A stretch of 64,000 bases of DNA from Candidatus Latescibacterota bacterium. Its GTDB lineage: Bacteria; Latescibacterota; UBA2968. The DNA lies in NCBI GenBank assembly GCA_965205975.1, contig OZ242195.1, positions 2,944,001 to 3,008,000 on the forward strand. The letters run 5' to 3'. Under the pieces are notes generated by a model. The model saw only the letters and a program-made list of their open reading frames with translations. It did no database searches and was not told the origin of the DNA. Below are positions 47,706 through 57,279 of the stretch, one piece after another (position 1 is the first letter of the stretch; each line of letters starts with the position of its first letter). Both the position numbers and the translations under genes were made by a program.

Positions 47706-48586
47706 ACGTAGAAAATGAACGCCTCAACACCCGCGCCGCCCTGCTCAACCTCTTGACGGCAATCCTCTGGGGTGGCAATTCCGTATCCATCAAAATGGGG
47801 CTATCTGGTATTCCACCGCTTTGCCTGGCTGGCATGCGTTTTTTTCTCGGCGGACTCGTCGTCTATATCTGGACGCTTCCGCTGAAACTCGACCTGAAAC
47901 TCAAATCCAACGAGCGACGAGGCATTGTTGGCCTCATTTTTATTTTTCTGACACAAATCTACCTGCTCAATGCGGGAACCGATTACACCCTCGCCAGCCG
48001 CTCGACCATCTTTATCTCTGCCTATCCCTTCTTCACCGCCTCGTTTGCACACATCTTTATACCGGGTGACAAAATCAGCACGCGCAAAATGATCGGCATG
48101 GTATTGTCTTTTCTCGGCGTAATACTCATCTTTGCCGAAAGCCTATCACTCGGCGAACTTCAACATCTTTTGGGCGACATCCTCGTACTCGCAAGTGCCG
48201 CTCTCCTCGGCGCTCGCCAGGTTTATCTCAAGCGCCTCGTCCAGAACATACACCCCGGAAAAGTCTTGATCTGGCAATCCGCACCCAGCGTACCCATCTT
48301 TTTTTTACTCAGTACACTATTTGAAACACAGGCCATTCAACTCGATATCCGCGTCCTGAGTGCCATTCTCTATCAGGGGCTCGTCGTCGCGGGATTCTGC
48401 TTTATCCTTCTCACCAGCCTGCTGAAACGCTATTCGGCCAGCCGCCTCTCTGTATTTGGATTCATCACCCCAATTGTCGGCGTCGTCGTCAGCAACCTCC
48501 TCCTCGGCGACCCCATCTCACCCATCCTCCTCCTCAGCCTCGCGCTCGTGGGCATCGGCATCACCATTGTCAACACATCGCAGTGA
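47702..48586 (+). CDS. EamA/DMT-family transporter
   Basis: ILWGGN..SIK, about 10 TM segments, two EamA repeats. Confidence 0.9.
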   Translation: MNVENERLNTRAALLNLLTAILWGGNSVSIKMGLSGIPPLCLAGMRFFLGGLVVYIWTLPLKLDLKLKSNERRGIVGLIFIFLTQIYLLNAGTDYTLASRSTIFISAYPFFTASFAHIFIPGDKISTRKMIGMVLSFLGVILIFAESLSLGELQHLLGDILVLASAALLGARQVYLKRLVQNIHPGKVLIWQSAPSVPIFFLLSTLFETQAIQLDIRVLSAILYQGLVVAGFCFILLTSLLKRYSASRLSVFGFITPIVGVVVSNLLLGDPISPILLLSLALVGIGITIVNTSQ

Positions 48587-48676
48587 AGCCCCTCTCAAAA
48601 CGCACAGCCTATCAATCTATGCGGTCTCATTATACGCCGCAAGAAAAAACTGGTTTTAGAATCCAATGTACGCACT

Positions 48677-50056
48677 TTACCCGAGCCGAATATCGGGCAA
48701 CTCAAAATCATCGCCCGTGTCTTCAATCCACTGTGCAAGGCGCGCGTGGCACCGTTCCTTCTCCTTCTGAAACGCCCTGTTATAGACGTAATTCGCCTGT
48801 TCGTAGGGATCATCCGCCGTATTGAAAAGCAACCAATCATTACCCGGCGTACAGGCGTATTTCCACCCATCTCGCATCACCACAGCCCGCCACGCCTTAT
48901 TCACAGTATGCGAATGCATCTTTCGGGGAATCTGCTGTAAATACGCCGAATCGGGTTCAGAACCTCTATCCGGTTTTCCCTTAAACTCAGCGGCATTACT
49001 GGAAATACAGTGCCCCGAATAATCGTGTCCGACCATATCCTCGGGAACGGGAATACCGCAAAGCCCCAGCGTCGTAGGCGCAATATCGACGTGATTGATC
49101 ACCGCATCAGTAGATCCCGTATTCATATTAGCACCACCCCCCACCTTACCGATAATAAACGGAATGCGGACCGACTCTTCCCACGGCGATGATTTGCCCG
49201 TCTGCGCGTGGCTCCACAGCATATCGCCGTGATCGGAAAAGAAAATCAGGTATGTCTCCCGATCAACACCCATATCTTTGAGCGCCATGCGAATCCGTCC
49301 CACATTGTAATCCAGATTCTCCACCATCGCGTAATAACCCGCATGATCCAGGGCTGCCCGCTCGCGGATCTGGGGAACAACCGGCACATTGCGCCGAAGC
49401 TGAATATCCGACGGATGAATCCGGGGCGCACCGCCATCTGGATTGGTGGGCGGCACAAAGGGATTGTGGGGCGGCTGCACCGAAAGCACGGCAAAAAACG
49501 GCTGATAGTCTTCTTCATCACCCACATGATCCGCGAGATGGTCTAAAAACAAAGACGTCAGGCTATCCGTTTCGTACCCTTCCAGACGCCGGGGCGTTTC
49601 GCCCTCCGAACCATAAACATAGCACTCGTTCTGATTGTTATTATTCTCATACCCCATCCAGTACTGAAAATTCCCCCTGCGCTCGGGAGGAACACAGTTC
49701 TCCCGCGCATTAGACCCGTCCAAATGCCACTTGCCCACATAAGCTGTGTGATATCCCGCATCATTAAACGGCATAGCAATGGTCGGAATCGCCGGATCCA
49801 GTGGAGACGGCGTCTGCGTCACGCCATTTTGATGCGGATAAGTACCCGTCATTAGCGCACCCCGAAAAGGCGAGCACCACGGCGCACCGGAAACCGCGCA
49901 GTCAAAACGCATACCCTCTCGCGCGAGATTGTCGATATTCGGCGTAAACACATTGGGATCGCCCCGATAGCTCAATGCATGCGCGCGGTGTTGATCCCCA
50001 AAAACCCAGATTACATTCGGTTTGCGTACAGGGCGAAACGAAAATTGTTTACTCAT
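48677..50056 (-). CDS. Sulfatase
   Basis: DQHR, CSPFR..LMTG (CxPxR), GKWHL, PPH, SDHG. Confidence 0.93.
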   Translation of the reverse strand: MSKQFSFRPVRKPNVIWVFGDQHRAHALSYRGDPNVFTPNIDNLAREGMRFDCAVSGAPWCSPFRGALMTGTYPHQNGVTQTPSPLDPAIPTIAMPFNDAGYHTAYVGKWHLDGSNARENCVPPERRGNFQYWMGYENNNNQNECYVYGSEGETPRRLEGYETDSLTSLFLDHLADHVGDEEDYQPFFAVLSVQPPHNPFVPPTNPDGGAPRIHPSDIQLRRNVPVVPQIRERAALDHAGYYAMVENLDYNVGRIRMALKDMGVDRETYLIFFSDHGDMLWSHAQTGKSSPWEESVRIPFIIGKVGGGANMNTGSTDAVINHVDIAPTTLGLCGIPVPEDMVGHDYSGHCISSNAAEFKGKPDRGSEPDSAYLQQIPRKMHSHTVNKAWRAVVMRDGWKYACTPGNDWLLFNTADDPYEQANYVYNRAFQKEKERCHARLAQWIEDTGDDFELPDIRLG

Positions 50057-50069
50057 CGTAAAAACCTTT

Positions 50070-52610
50070 CTAATGCTCGTGCCCGTGATCGTGCAGGGGC
50101 GTATGATCGTGATAAATACCGTGCTTGTGCATCTGCTGGTGCAAGCGATTGTGCGCGGCCTCCAGCGTGGCGCGCATCTGTTTCAAACGCCTCGCTTCAG
50201 GTCGCGGAGCGAGCGTATCCAGATAGGCTATTGCCCCTTCGATCTGTTCCAAAACCGTCGTCGCATCCGCCTGTGAAAAAATGGGCCTACCCTCCACAAC
50301 CACCTGCACGGCACTCGTATGTGCGGCAATCTCCCCGTGCTGCCCCTTATAACTCCCGCGCACCCTCAGGGCAATCCACGTCGAATCCTCCACCCGTACC
50401 TCCGCACTCCCCGACACCGACAGGCCCTTATCCACATTCACCTGCTCATGCGTCAGCCCGCCCACAACGATCTCGACCTGATCAATCGGCAAACGCACCG
50501 ACGCCACCTCCCACGTCACATTGACCGTCCCGCCAGAGGAAGGCAACTGCACCTTTGAACCGGGCGCCTTCCCCTCCACCTGAATCTCTGCAAGCGGTCC
50601 CACCGTCACAAACGTATGACCCGCCTTTGTCGCCGCCATCCAGTTCTCATAACTAAACTCGCAATCTCCCAGATGCGTATAAGTACGCACCCCGCCGAGT
50701 TGCGACGCAGCCGCCATCTTATCCGAACCACCCACAACCGGAATGTGGTATCCCAAATTCAAATAGCGATACCAATCGGCAATCCCATAGGGATTGATCT
50801 GTGCATTGTGCGGATTAAACGTCATCATCTCCATCGCGTGGATCAGACCCAGCACAATATCTGCTGCGCGTTCGCACTGCGGATTTGGGCCGTGCGGCAT
50901 CACCACCAGTCCACCCTGATCAATGCACTGTTGCGCCCACTCCGCCATCGTGACTTCCTGCGCATCGCCCAGCGCAGATTCCGACGGTCCGCCCGAACAC
51001 AGCGGATGAATCATAAGCCCCGAATAACCCAGCAGCGAAATATGTCCCAGAACCTGCATGCGGTTCTCGGTGCCAACGCGCACGAGAAACTCGCCATCAC
51101 CCCCAAAATCCCGCGCGCCAAAAGTCGTCTTGCCATCAAAATCCGACACATTGCTGAACATTTCACCCCACTGGCTCGCCAGCAAATTCACCACATTCAC
51201 CCCCTCGCCCTCACCTTCCAGAAGTGCCGTTTGCGGACTCAAAAAATGCACATGCGTATCGGCTGTCACCCACCCCTTTTCCCGCCACTTGAGCACGCGA
51301 TCAATCTCAAAAGTCACCACATCGGTATCCGGCCCCACCGTAAATTTCTCGCGAATCGGCGCAATCTCATACCCCTTCTGGATATCGACATACACATCGC
51401 CCAAAGGCAGATCTGCCACGCATTCCCCCGGAATATAACAATACTGATTCAACCCATTGACATATTCGCCGTAATTATCCTCAAACCAGTGCGGGTTCAC
51501 CTTGCGATGATACCCCTTAGGCGGCAAATACTCCCCGGCCTCGCCGTGCATGTGCAACCGCACAGCAACCGGCGTCTCTGTCCCTTTCTCCACCACCCGA
51601 ATCTCGACAGGACGATGTGCGGGCTGCACCTCCACAATCTGCTTTGCACCTGCCAGATCGTAAGCCTGCGCCTCTCCATCCCCCTCCACATAAAGCTTCC
51701 CCTGCGGGTGTGCGATATACTCGACAACCACCTCAGAAGAAGACCGCTCGGGCTGCACATCCACCTCTGCGCTCAACCAGCGTTCCGCATCGTAATCCAG
51801 CACAGCCCGCGCCGACATCACCACACCCAGATCAATATCTATATCTTCAAACTCGCCATTTCTATTCAATTGCGCGCCCTCGGGCAATACCAACTTCAAT
51901 TTCTGGCGCACCCCCGGTCGCAACGGATGATCGGCGACCTGTGTATGCGTGATCCCCAGCACCAGCGACCGCTCGTTCCTGGGGACCAATGTCAGATGCC
52001 CAATGGGCTTTTCCGGATAGGGATTGGGCAACGCATAAACCCACAACTTTATGCGCCCGCCATCTCGTCCCGAACTGTGTCGCGTCTCGGCGCGACCATA
52101 AGCCGATGCAGGACGCCGTCCCAGACCGTGTTCATCCGTCGCCCCCATCACAACACCGGGCTTGGCCGCAGGCATCGCTGCAAATGCACTTGCCCCCCAC
52201 CCAATACGAGACTGTTGAATCGCAAACCGGCGCAAAATGCGCGTCGCCTCGGACTCGCCATCTTCATATTCCAACACGTAATCCGACACGTGATCGCCGA
52301 GTTCATTGCCATCCATAGCAAAATCGGCCAACCCCTCCTGATAATTACTCACGCGATTCTCGACCCCGTGCAAAAACACCACATAGCTCGCCTTCACACC
52401 GCCCATATCAACGCGCACAGCATCGCCATCGAGCAATATCCCATTCGGTTCATCTGGCGCACCCAATTCAAAAGGCATCCCCAGAATAGACTGAGAACCA
52501 TACATCGCGCCCAAATCTTCGCCACCAAACCCATCCAATTGCACGCGATCCACATTGTAATTTTCCGCCAGCGAAACAGGCGTAAAATGTTCAGATGGGG
52601 GAATATTCAT
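50070..52610 (-). CDS. CehA/McbA-family (PHP-like) metallohydrolase
   Basis: ADTHVH, GTENR..LGH, WYRYLNLG...VGGSD, TFVTVGP. Confidence 0.75.
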   Translation of the reverse strand: MNIPPSEHFTPVSLAENYNVDRVQLDGFGGEDLGAMYGSQSILGMPFELGAPDEPNGILLDGDAVRVDMGGVKASYVVFLHGVENRVSNYQEGLADFAMDGNELGDHVSDYVLEYEDGESEATRILRRFAIQQSRIGWGASAFAAMPAAKPGVVMGATDEHGLGRRPASAYGRAETRHSSGRDGGRIKLWVYALPNPYPEKPIGHLTLVPRNERSLVLGITHTQVADHPLRPGVRQKLKLVLPEGAQLNRNGEFEDIDIDLGVVMSARAVLDYDAERWLSAEVDVQPERSSSEVVVEYIAHPQGKLYVEGDGEAQAYDLAGAKQIVEVQPAHRPVEIRVVEKGTETPVAVRLHMHGEAGEYLPPKGYHRKVNPHWFEDNYGEYVNGLNQYCYIPGECVADLPLGDVYVDIQKGYEIAPIREKFTVGPDTDVVTFEIDRVLKWREKGWVTADTHVHFLSPQTALLEGEGEGVNVVNLLASQWGEMFSNVSDFDGKTTFGARDFGGDGEFLVRVGTENRMQVLGHISLLGYSGLMIHPLCSGGPSESALGDAQEVTMAEWAQQCIDQGGLVVMPHGPNPQCERAADIVLGLIHAMEMMTFNPHNAQINPYGIADWYRYLNLGYHIPVVGGSDKMAAASQLGGVRTYTHLGDCEFSYENWMAATKAGHTFVTVGPLAEIQVEGKAPGSKVQLPSSGGTVNVTWEVASVRLPIDQVEIVVGGLTHEQVNVDKGLSVSGSAEVRVEDSTWIALRVRGSYKGQHGEIAAHTSAVQVVVEGRPIFSQADATTVLEQIEGAIAYLDTLAPRPEARRLKQMRATLEAAHNRLHQQMHKHGIYHDHTPLHDHGHEH

Positions 52611-52628
52611 AATGCACCTCCGCAAATC

Positions 52629-52723
52629 AGCGAATCTACGAATCTACGAATCCCGCCCATCCTCCCCAAATCAGTATGTACTACCATTCGTCTATTCGTC
52701 TATTCGTCTATTCGTCTATTCGT
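52629..52723. repeat. 8-nt-period composite repeat (copy 1)
   Basis: (cgaatcta)2, a ccgcccatcctcc core, then (attcgtct)4. Confidence 0.85.
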
Positions 52724-54592
52724 TTACAAGAAATACCGCTCCTTCTTCACCATCACCTCAAACTCCTCTCTCGCCTTCTTCACCTCTTCCACTGTCGAAA
52801 CCTCGGCAACCGGCACATCCCACCAGCTCTCGTAGCCCGGCACGCGCACCTCGCGATCTACCTCCACCGCAATCACCGTCGTGCGATCCACAGATCGCGC
52901 CTCTTCAATCGCCCTCATCAACCCTTCTCTGCCCTCGGGCCGCAACACATAAGCACCCAAACTCTCGGCATTTGTCGCCAAATCGGTCGGCACATTGTCG
53001 CCATCCAATTGCCCGGTCCGCTCATCGCGCATCCTGTACTCTGTCCCAAACTCCTGCGCGCCCACAGCATCCGACAACCCCCCAATACTCGCAAATCCGT
53101 GATTATCCAGCAGCACAATATTCAGCTTAATCCCCTCCTGCACCGCCGTCGCAATCTCCTGCGCCATCATCAAATACGACCCATCCCCAACCATCACATA
53201 CACCTCCCGAGAGGGATCGGCCATCTTAATACCCAACCCTCCGGCAATCTCGTATCCCATGCACGAATATCCATACTCGAGGTGATATCCCTTGGGGTTG
53301 CGCGTCCGCCACAACTTGTGAAGATCGCCCGGCATACTGCCCGCTGCACAAATCATCACATCCTCCGGCGCCGAACCTTCATTCACCGCGCCAATCACTT
53401 CACCCTGACTCAAAACGGGCCGATGCCCCAAATTGTAAACGCGATCCACCTCGACCTCCCACGCCTCCCGAAATGCGGCAACCCGCTGTGTCAAATCCCC
53501 CGACACGCGATACCCCTGCACCGCTTCTGCAAGTTCCTCCAACACCACCCGCGCATCGCCCACCAGCGGCAATGCCCCGTGTTTGGCCGCGTCAAATTCC
53601 GCCACATTAATCGCGATAAATTTCACATCCGGATTTTGAAACGCCGTCTTTGAAGCCGTCGTAAAATCGCTCAACCGCGTACCAACAGCGATCACCAGAT
53701 CCGCTTCCCGCGCAACAATATTCGCCCCCGGTGTACCCGTCACACCCACCGCACCCAGATTATTGGCGTGGTCGTAATTAAGCGACCCCTTGCCCGCCTG
53801 TGTCTCGCCCACCGGAATTCCCGTCTGCTCCACAAATGCCGCCAGTGCGTCTGTCGCCTCGCTGTACAACACACCCCCGCCCGCAATCACCATCGGTTGC
53901 ACACTCTCCCGAATCCACGCCGCTGCTTTTGACACCAGATCGCGATCTGGTCGGTTGCGCGGCACCACCCACACTCGTTTTTCAAACAACGCTTCGGGAT
54001 AATCAAACGCCTCTGTCTGCACATCCTGCGGACAACACAGCGTCACAGCACCCGTCTCAACAGGCGAAGTCAAAACCCGCATCGCCTCGGGCAATGCCAA
54101 AATCGCTTGATCTGCCCGATTCAACCGATCCCAGTACCGCGACACCGGCTTAAAACAATCATTCACAGAAATATCCTGCGACGCATTGGACTCCAACTGC
54201 TGCAACACAGGCGCCACATTTCGCCGCGCAAAAATATCCCCCGGCAACAACAACACCGGCAACCGATTAATCGTCGCCGTTGCCGCGCCCGTCACCATAT
54301 TCGTCGCACCCGGTCCAATCGACGTCGTACACGCCAGCGTACCCAACCGATTCTTCATCTTGGCATAAGCCGCAGCCGTATGCACCATCGCCTGTTCATT
54401 GCGCGTCTGATAATACCGAAACTCATCGCGATACTCATGCAGTGCCTGGCCGATCCCGGCCACATTCCCATGCCCAAAAATACCCGACATCCCCGCAAAA
54501 AAGGGCTGTTCAACCCCATCGCGCGAAACGTACTGCACTTTCAAAAACTGAACAATCGCCTGTGCCATCGTCAATCGTCGCGTCTTTCCCAT
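52724..54592 (-). CDS. iolD: 3D-(3,5/4)-trihydroxycyclohexane-1,2-dione acylhydrolase IolD
   Basis: RLTMAQA, GIFGHGNVAGIG, RNEQAM, YHLEYGYSCMGYE, GDGSYLM, SWWDVPVAEVS. Confidence 0.95.
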   Translation of the reverse strand: MGKTRRLTMAQAIVQFLKVQYVSRDGVEQPFFAGMSGIFGHGNVAGIGQALHEYRDEFRYYQTRNEQAMVHTAAAYAKMKNRLGTLACTTSIGPGATNMVTGAATATINRLPVLLLPGDIFARRNVAPVLQQLESNASQDISVNDCFKPVSRYWDRLNRADQAILALPEAMRVLTSPVETGAVTLCCPQDVQTEAFDYPEALFEKRVWVVPRNRPDRDLVSKAAAWIRESVQPMVIAGGGVLYSEATDALAAFVEQTGIPVGETQAGKGSLNYDHANNLGAVGVTGTPGANIVAREADLVIAVGTRLSDFTTASKTAFQNPDVKFIAINVAEFDAAKHGALPLVGDARVVLEELAEAVQGYRVSGDLTQRVAAFREAWEVEVDRVYNLGHRPVLSQGEVIGAVNEGSAPEDVMICAAGSMPGDLHKLWRTRNPKGYHLEYGYSCMGYEIAGGLGIKMADPSREVYVMVGDGSYLMMAQEIATAVQEGIKLNIVLLDNHGFASIGGLSDAVGAQEFGTEYRMRDERTGQLDGDNVPTDLATNAESLGAYVLRPEGREGLMRAIEEARSVDRTTVIAVEVDREVRVPGYESWWDVPVAEVSTVEEVKKAREEFEVMVKKERYFL

Positions 54593-54611
54593 TTTTTCCC
54601 TCGTGAATAAA

Positions 54612-54740
54612 AGCGAATCTACGAATCTACGGAGCGGGGTACAACTGCGCCAGCAGTTCATCAACGAACCCCGCCCATCCTCCCAAAATCAGTACGTATC
54701 GCCATTCGTCTATTCGTCTATTCGTCTATTCGTCTATTCG
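54612..54740. repeat. 8-nt-period composite repeat (copy 2, with a ~35 nt insert)
   Basis: Same arms and core as 52629-52723, same orientation. Confidence 0.85.
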
Positions 54741-55502
54741 CACATCCGGCCGGTCGTGTACACCTGGAGACGCCAAAATCCGCTTCTGTTGCTCGGTCAA
54801 CCCCTCATAAACCGAACCATCGTACCCCTTTGGCGCGGAAATCAAATGCCCCGGACCGTATTTGTAAAGCAACACCCTGCGCTCGTGATCTGCCCGCCAC
54901 GGCAACGTGCCGTGTACCAGAGCTTCCGTAAAAAAGATCGCATCACCCGCCTTTGCCTCTGGCTGGACAACATAGTGCGGAACCCGCTCAAACCGCTGCA
55001 CATCGCGCGGCAAATCCATCCGGAAATTGCTCTTATGGCTACCCCGGACACAGGCAAATCCCCCATCCCCCGCACCGGCATCCGACAACACATACGTCAA
55101 CACCGACAAACCACACTGCATCACGCCATCTCGATACCTGTAATAATGGTGAAACAAATTCGGCTGCCCACCGTGCAAACTGCCTCGCTTCCCATTCTTC
55201 ATCATAAAAATGGCATAATCGTGATCCAGGCGGAACTTTGGTCCCAGCAACTCAATGAGATAAGGCAACACTTTGGGATGATCGATTAAATCTCGACACG
55301 CCACATCCCAATCTATAATACTCGGCGCGCGGCGCACACCTCTGGCATTGCCAAATTCATTATCCGCCTCCACATCCCCGTAATCCCTGGGAAACGCTCT
55401 ATCCGCCACCGCATTGAGCACATCCAATTCCTCGCGGCTCAACACATCTTTAATCACCAGATACCCATCGAGGTCAAACATAAACTTTTCTTCTGGGGTC
55501 AT
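54726..55502 (-). CDS. PhyH-family dioxygenase-like protein
   Basis: FDLDGYL, RLDH, LHGG, GSHKSN, FTEALVHGTLPW. Confidence 0.85.
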   Translation of the reverse strand: MTPEEKFMFDLDGYLVIKDVLSREELDVLNAVADRAFPRDYGDVEADNEFGNARGVRRAPSIIDWDVACRDLIDHPKVLPYLIELLGPKFRLDHDYAIFMMKNGKRGSLHGGQPNLFHHYYRYRDGVMQCGLSVLTYVLSDAGAGDGGFACVRGSHKSNFRMDLPRDVQRFERVPHYVVQPEAKAGDAIFFTEALVHGTLPWRADHERRVLLYKYGPGHLISAPKGYDGSVYEGLTEQQKRILASPGVHDRPDVRIDE

Positions 55503-55513
55503 ATCGCATACTC

Positions 55514-56650
55514 CTATCTATAGGGCAATGGCCTGGGATCGAGCCATTCTACAATTCGATCTTTAATTGCCCATGCAAAAAAGAAATTTCCGCGCGGCGT
55601 ATGATGTCCAATATAATACGGTTCCAAAAACGCCCGCACATCTCCCCGATATGTCGCGTACTCTTCCCGAAAAGCATCGCGCAAATCGATCACTGGCACA
55701 TCCTTTGTCGCCAACCAATTCAAAAACGTCTGGTCAAAAAGCGGCTCACCTTCCAATGCCCGAGCTATATTACTCGAACCATAAGACAAAATCACCAGCA
55801 GCTTTTTCCCATTGGCCTTTGTAAATGCCTCTGCCTTTTCAATCACAAACCGCGTCGCAAACAAAGCCGCCTCGGTATGCAAGCTATAAACCTCGGCATC
55901 CGATCCCGCATTCTCGAGTTCTCCCCCCATACTTTGTGCCATAGCCGACGCATCTTCCACACTGCCTCTGCGCGCCATAACCGCATGCAAAATCGGATCA
56001 TCGCCAAAAGTTTCCCACACCCAATCCGCATCGCACAGCCGATAGAGTTCCTCGGGCGTCTTACAAAAATTCTCGCACTCTTCCACAATTCCACTTTCCA
56101 GATCCACGCGCAAATGCGGCAGCGTAAACCGCCCCTGCCTTCCCATGCGAATGGACCGCCACGCGTCCAAATTTCGAAAGTGGTCGTCATCCCACACATT
56201 CAAAATCACATACTCGGCGGGATACTCCCGCTCCACAATCAACATTCGCCGATACGCCTGATACACACTGTGCCCACCAACGCCGTAATTGCGAACAGGT
56301 TCCAGCAAATGCGCCGCCAAATACTCCTGCCATGTCTCCCCATTGCTCACCTGATCGCAATGCGTAAAACTATTCCCATACGTATGAATGCGACACGGGC
56401 GATCCGCATAATTGACCACCTGCCGCGCACCGTCTTTCTCATAAGCGTAAAACCCGCGCGAATCATCCACACCACCCCCGCGAAACCCATCGCAAACCAC
56501 CCATCCGATCTCCGGATCAAACGCCGACTGTGCATTATTGCACATAATCCGCGCCAACTCTGCTGGCACATCTGCCCTGACAGGCGTCACAAAATGATCC
56601 ACCATCTCGCGCGTTGGCATAATCGACTCCAAATATTCGCGTCCTGTCAT
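55514..56650 (-). CDS. SGNH/GDSL-like hypothetical protein
   Basis: GNSFT, NYGVGG, GHHTPRGN. Confidence 0.65.
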   Translation of the reverse strand: MTGREYLESIMPTREMVDHFVTPVRADVPAELARIMCNNAQSAFDPEIGWVVCDGFRGGGVDDSRGFYAYEKDGARQVVNYADRPCRIHTYGNSFTHCDQVSNGETWQEYLAAHLLEPVRNYGVGGHSVYQAYRRMLIVEREYPAEYVILNVWDDDHFRNLDAWRSIRMGRQGRFTLPHLRVDLESGIVEECENFCKTPEELYRLCDADWVWETFGDDPILHAVMARRGSVEDASAMAQSMGGELENAGSDAEVYSLHTEAALFATRFVIEKAEAFTKANGKKLLVILSYGSSNIARALEGEPLFDQTFLNWLATKDVPVIDLRDAFREEYATYRGDVRAFLEPYYIGHHTPRGNFFFAWAIKDRIVEWLDPRPLPYR

Positions 56651-56670
56651 TGCTATATCCTCGTATCTTT

Positions 56671-56690
56671 CACAGGGGCACCGCCCCTAC
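56671..56690 (-). repeat. GTAG-type REP-like palindrome
   Basis: Minus strand gtaggggcggtgcccctgtg. Confidence 0.45.
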
Positions 56691-56707
56691 GTCTTGTATC
56701 TTACGTT

Positions 56708-56783
56708 TTATCGGTGTTTATCGGTGTTCATCTGTGGTTGCATCTCACGCCTTTCATCTGTGTACATCTGCGTGCATCTGCGG
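56708..56783. repeat. 9-nt-period tandem repeat
   Basis: Units such as atcggtgtt, atctgtgta and atctgcgtg; overlaps the stop of the acyltransferase. Confidence 0.8.
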
Positions 56784-57269
56784 ATCGTCTCGCTTCCTGA
56801 TCAACCGGGCCGGTGTCCCTCCAACCACCGAATACGGTTCCACATCGCGCGTCACAACCGCACCTGCGCCCACAATACTGTGCGCGCCAATGCGCACCCC
56901 GCCAATAACCACGGCATTGGCGCCAAACCACACGTCATCTTCTACCACAATCTCCCGCTTCTGCACCCTTTGTTGCACCATCGGAATATCGATTCGATCG
57001 TACCCATGCCCCACACTCGCAAAAACCACATGTGCCGCCACCGCCACATAATTGCCAATGGTCAAAGGCCCGTACAACACGCTATACGGCGCAAAATGCG
57101 TATGGCTACCAATATCGATCCACGCGCCACAGGGATTCACAAAAACCCCATTGTGAAACGCCACATCATCGCCAATACGCACCAATTCCGGATGCCGGAT
57201 ATCGACCAGCGGATCAAAGTGAACCGACTCTCCAATCGCCTTAAATGCCGATCTATCTATCTCTAACAT
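56754..57269 (-). CDS. Hexapeptide-repeat (left-handed beta-helix) acyltransferase
   Basis: IVVEDDVWFGANAVVIGGVRIGAHSIVGAGAVVTRDV..GGTPAR. Confidence 0.9.
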   Translation of the reverse strand: MLEIDRSAFKAIGESVHFDPLVDIRHPELVRIGDDVAFHNGVFVNPCGAWIDIGSHTHFAPYSVLYGPLTIGNYVAVAAHVVFASVGHGYDRIDIPMVQQRVQKREIVVEDDVWFGANAVVIGGVRIGAHSIVGAGAVVTRDVEPYSVVGGTPARLIRKRDDPQMHADVHR

Positions 57270-57279
57270 AAGTGCGTCC

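Noticed and set aside
50616..52835. 739-aa plus-strand ORF, and similar long ORFs at 57301-58890, 55601-56800, 37291-38307, 52676-53653 and 29305-30276
   Set aside because: They lie antisense to well-supported genes, have no motifs, and show the His/Arg/Pro-rich composition typical of shadow frames.
52629..54740. Short repeats considered as a CRISPR array
   Set aside because: 8-nt tandem units without unique spacers, and no cas genes.
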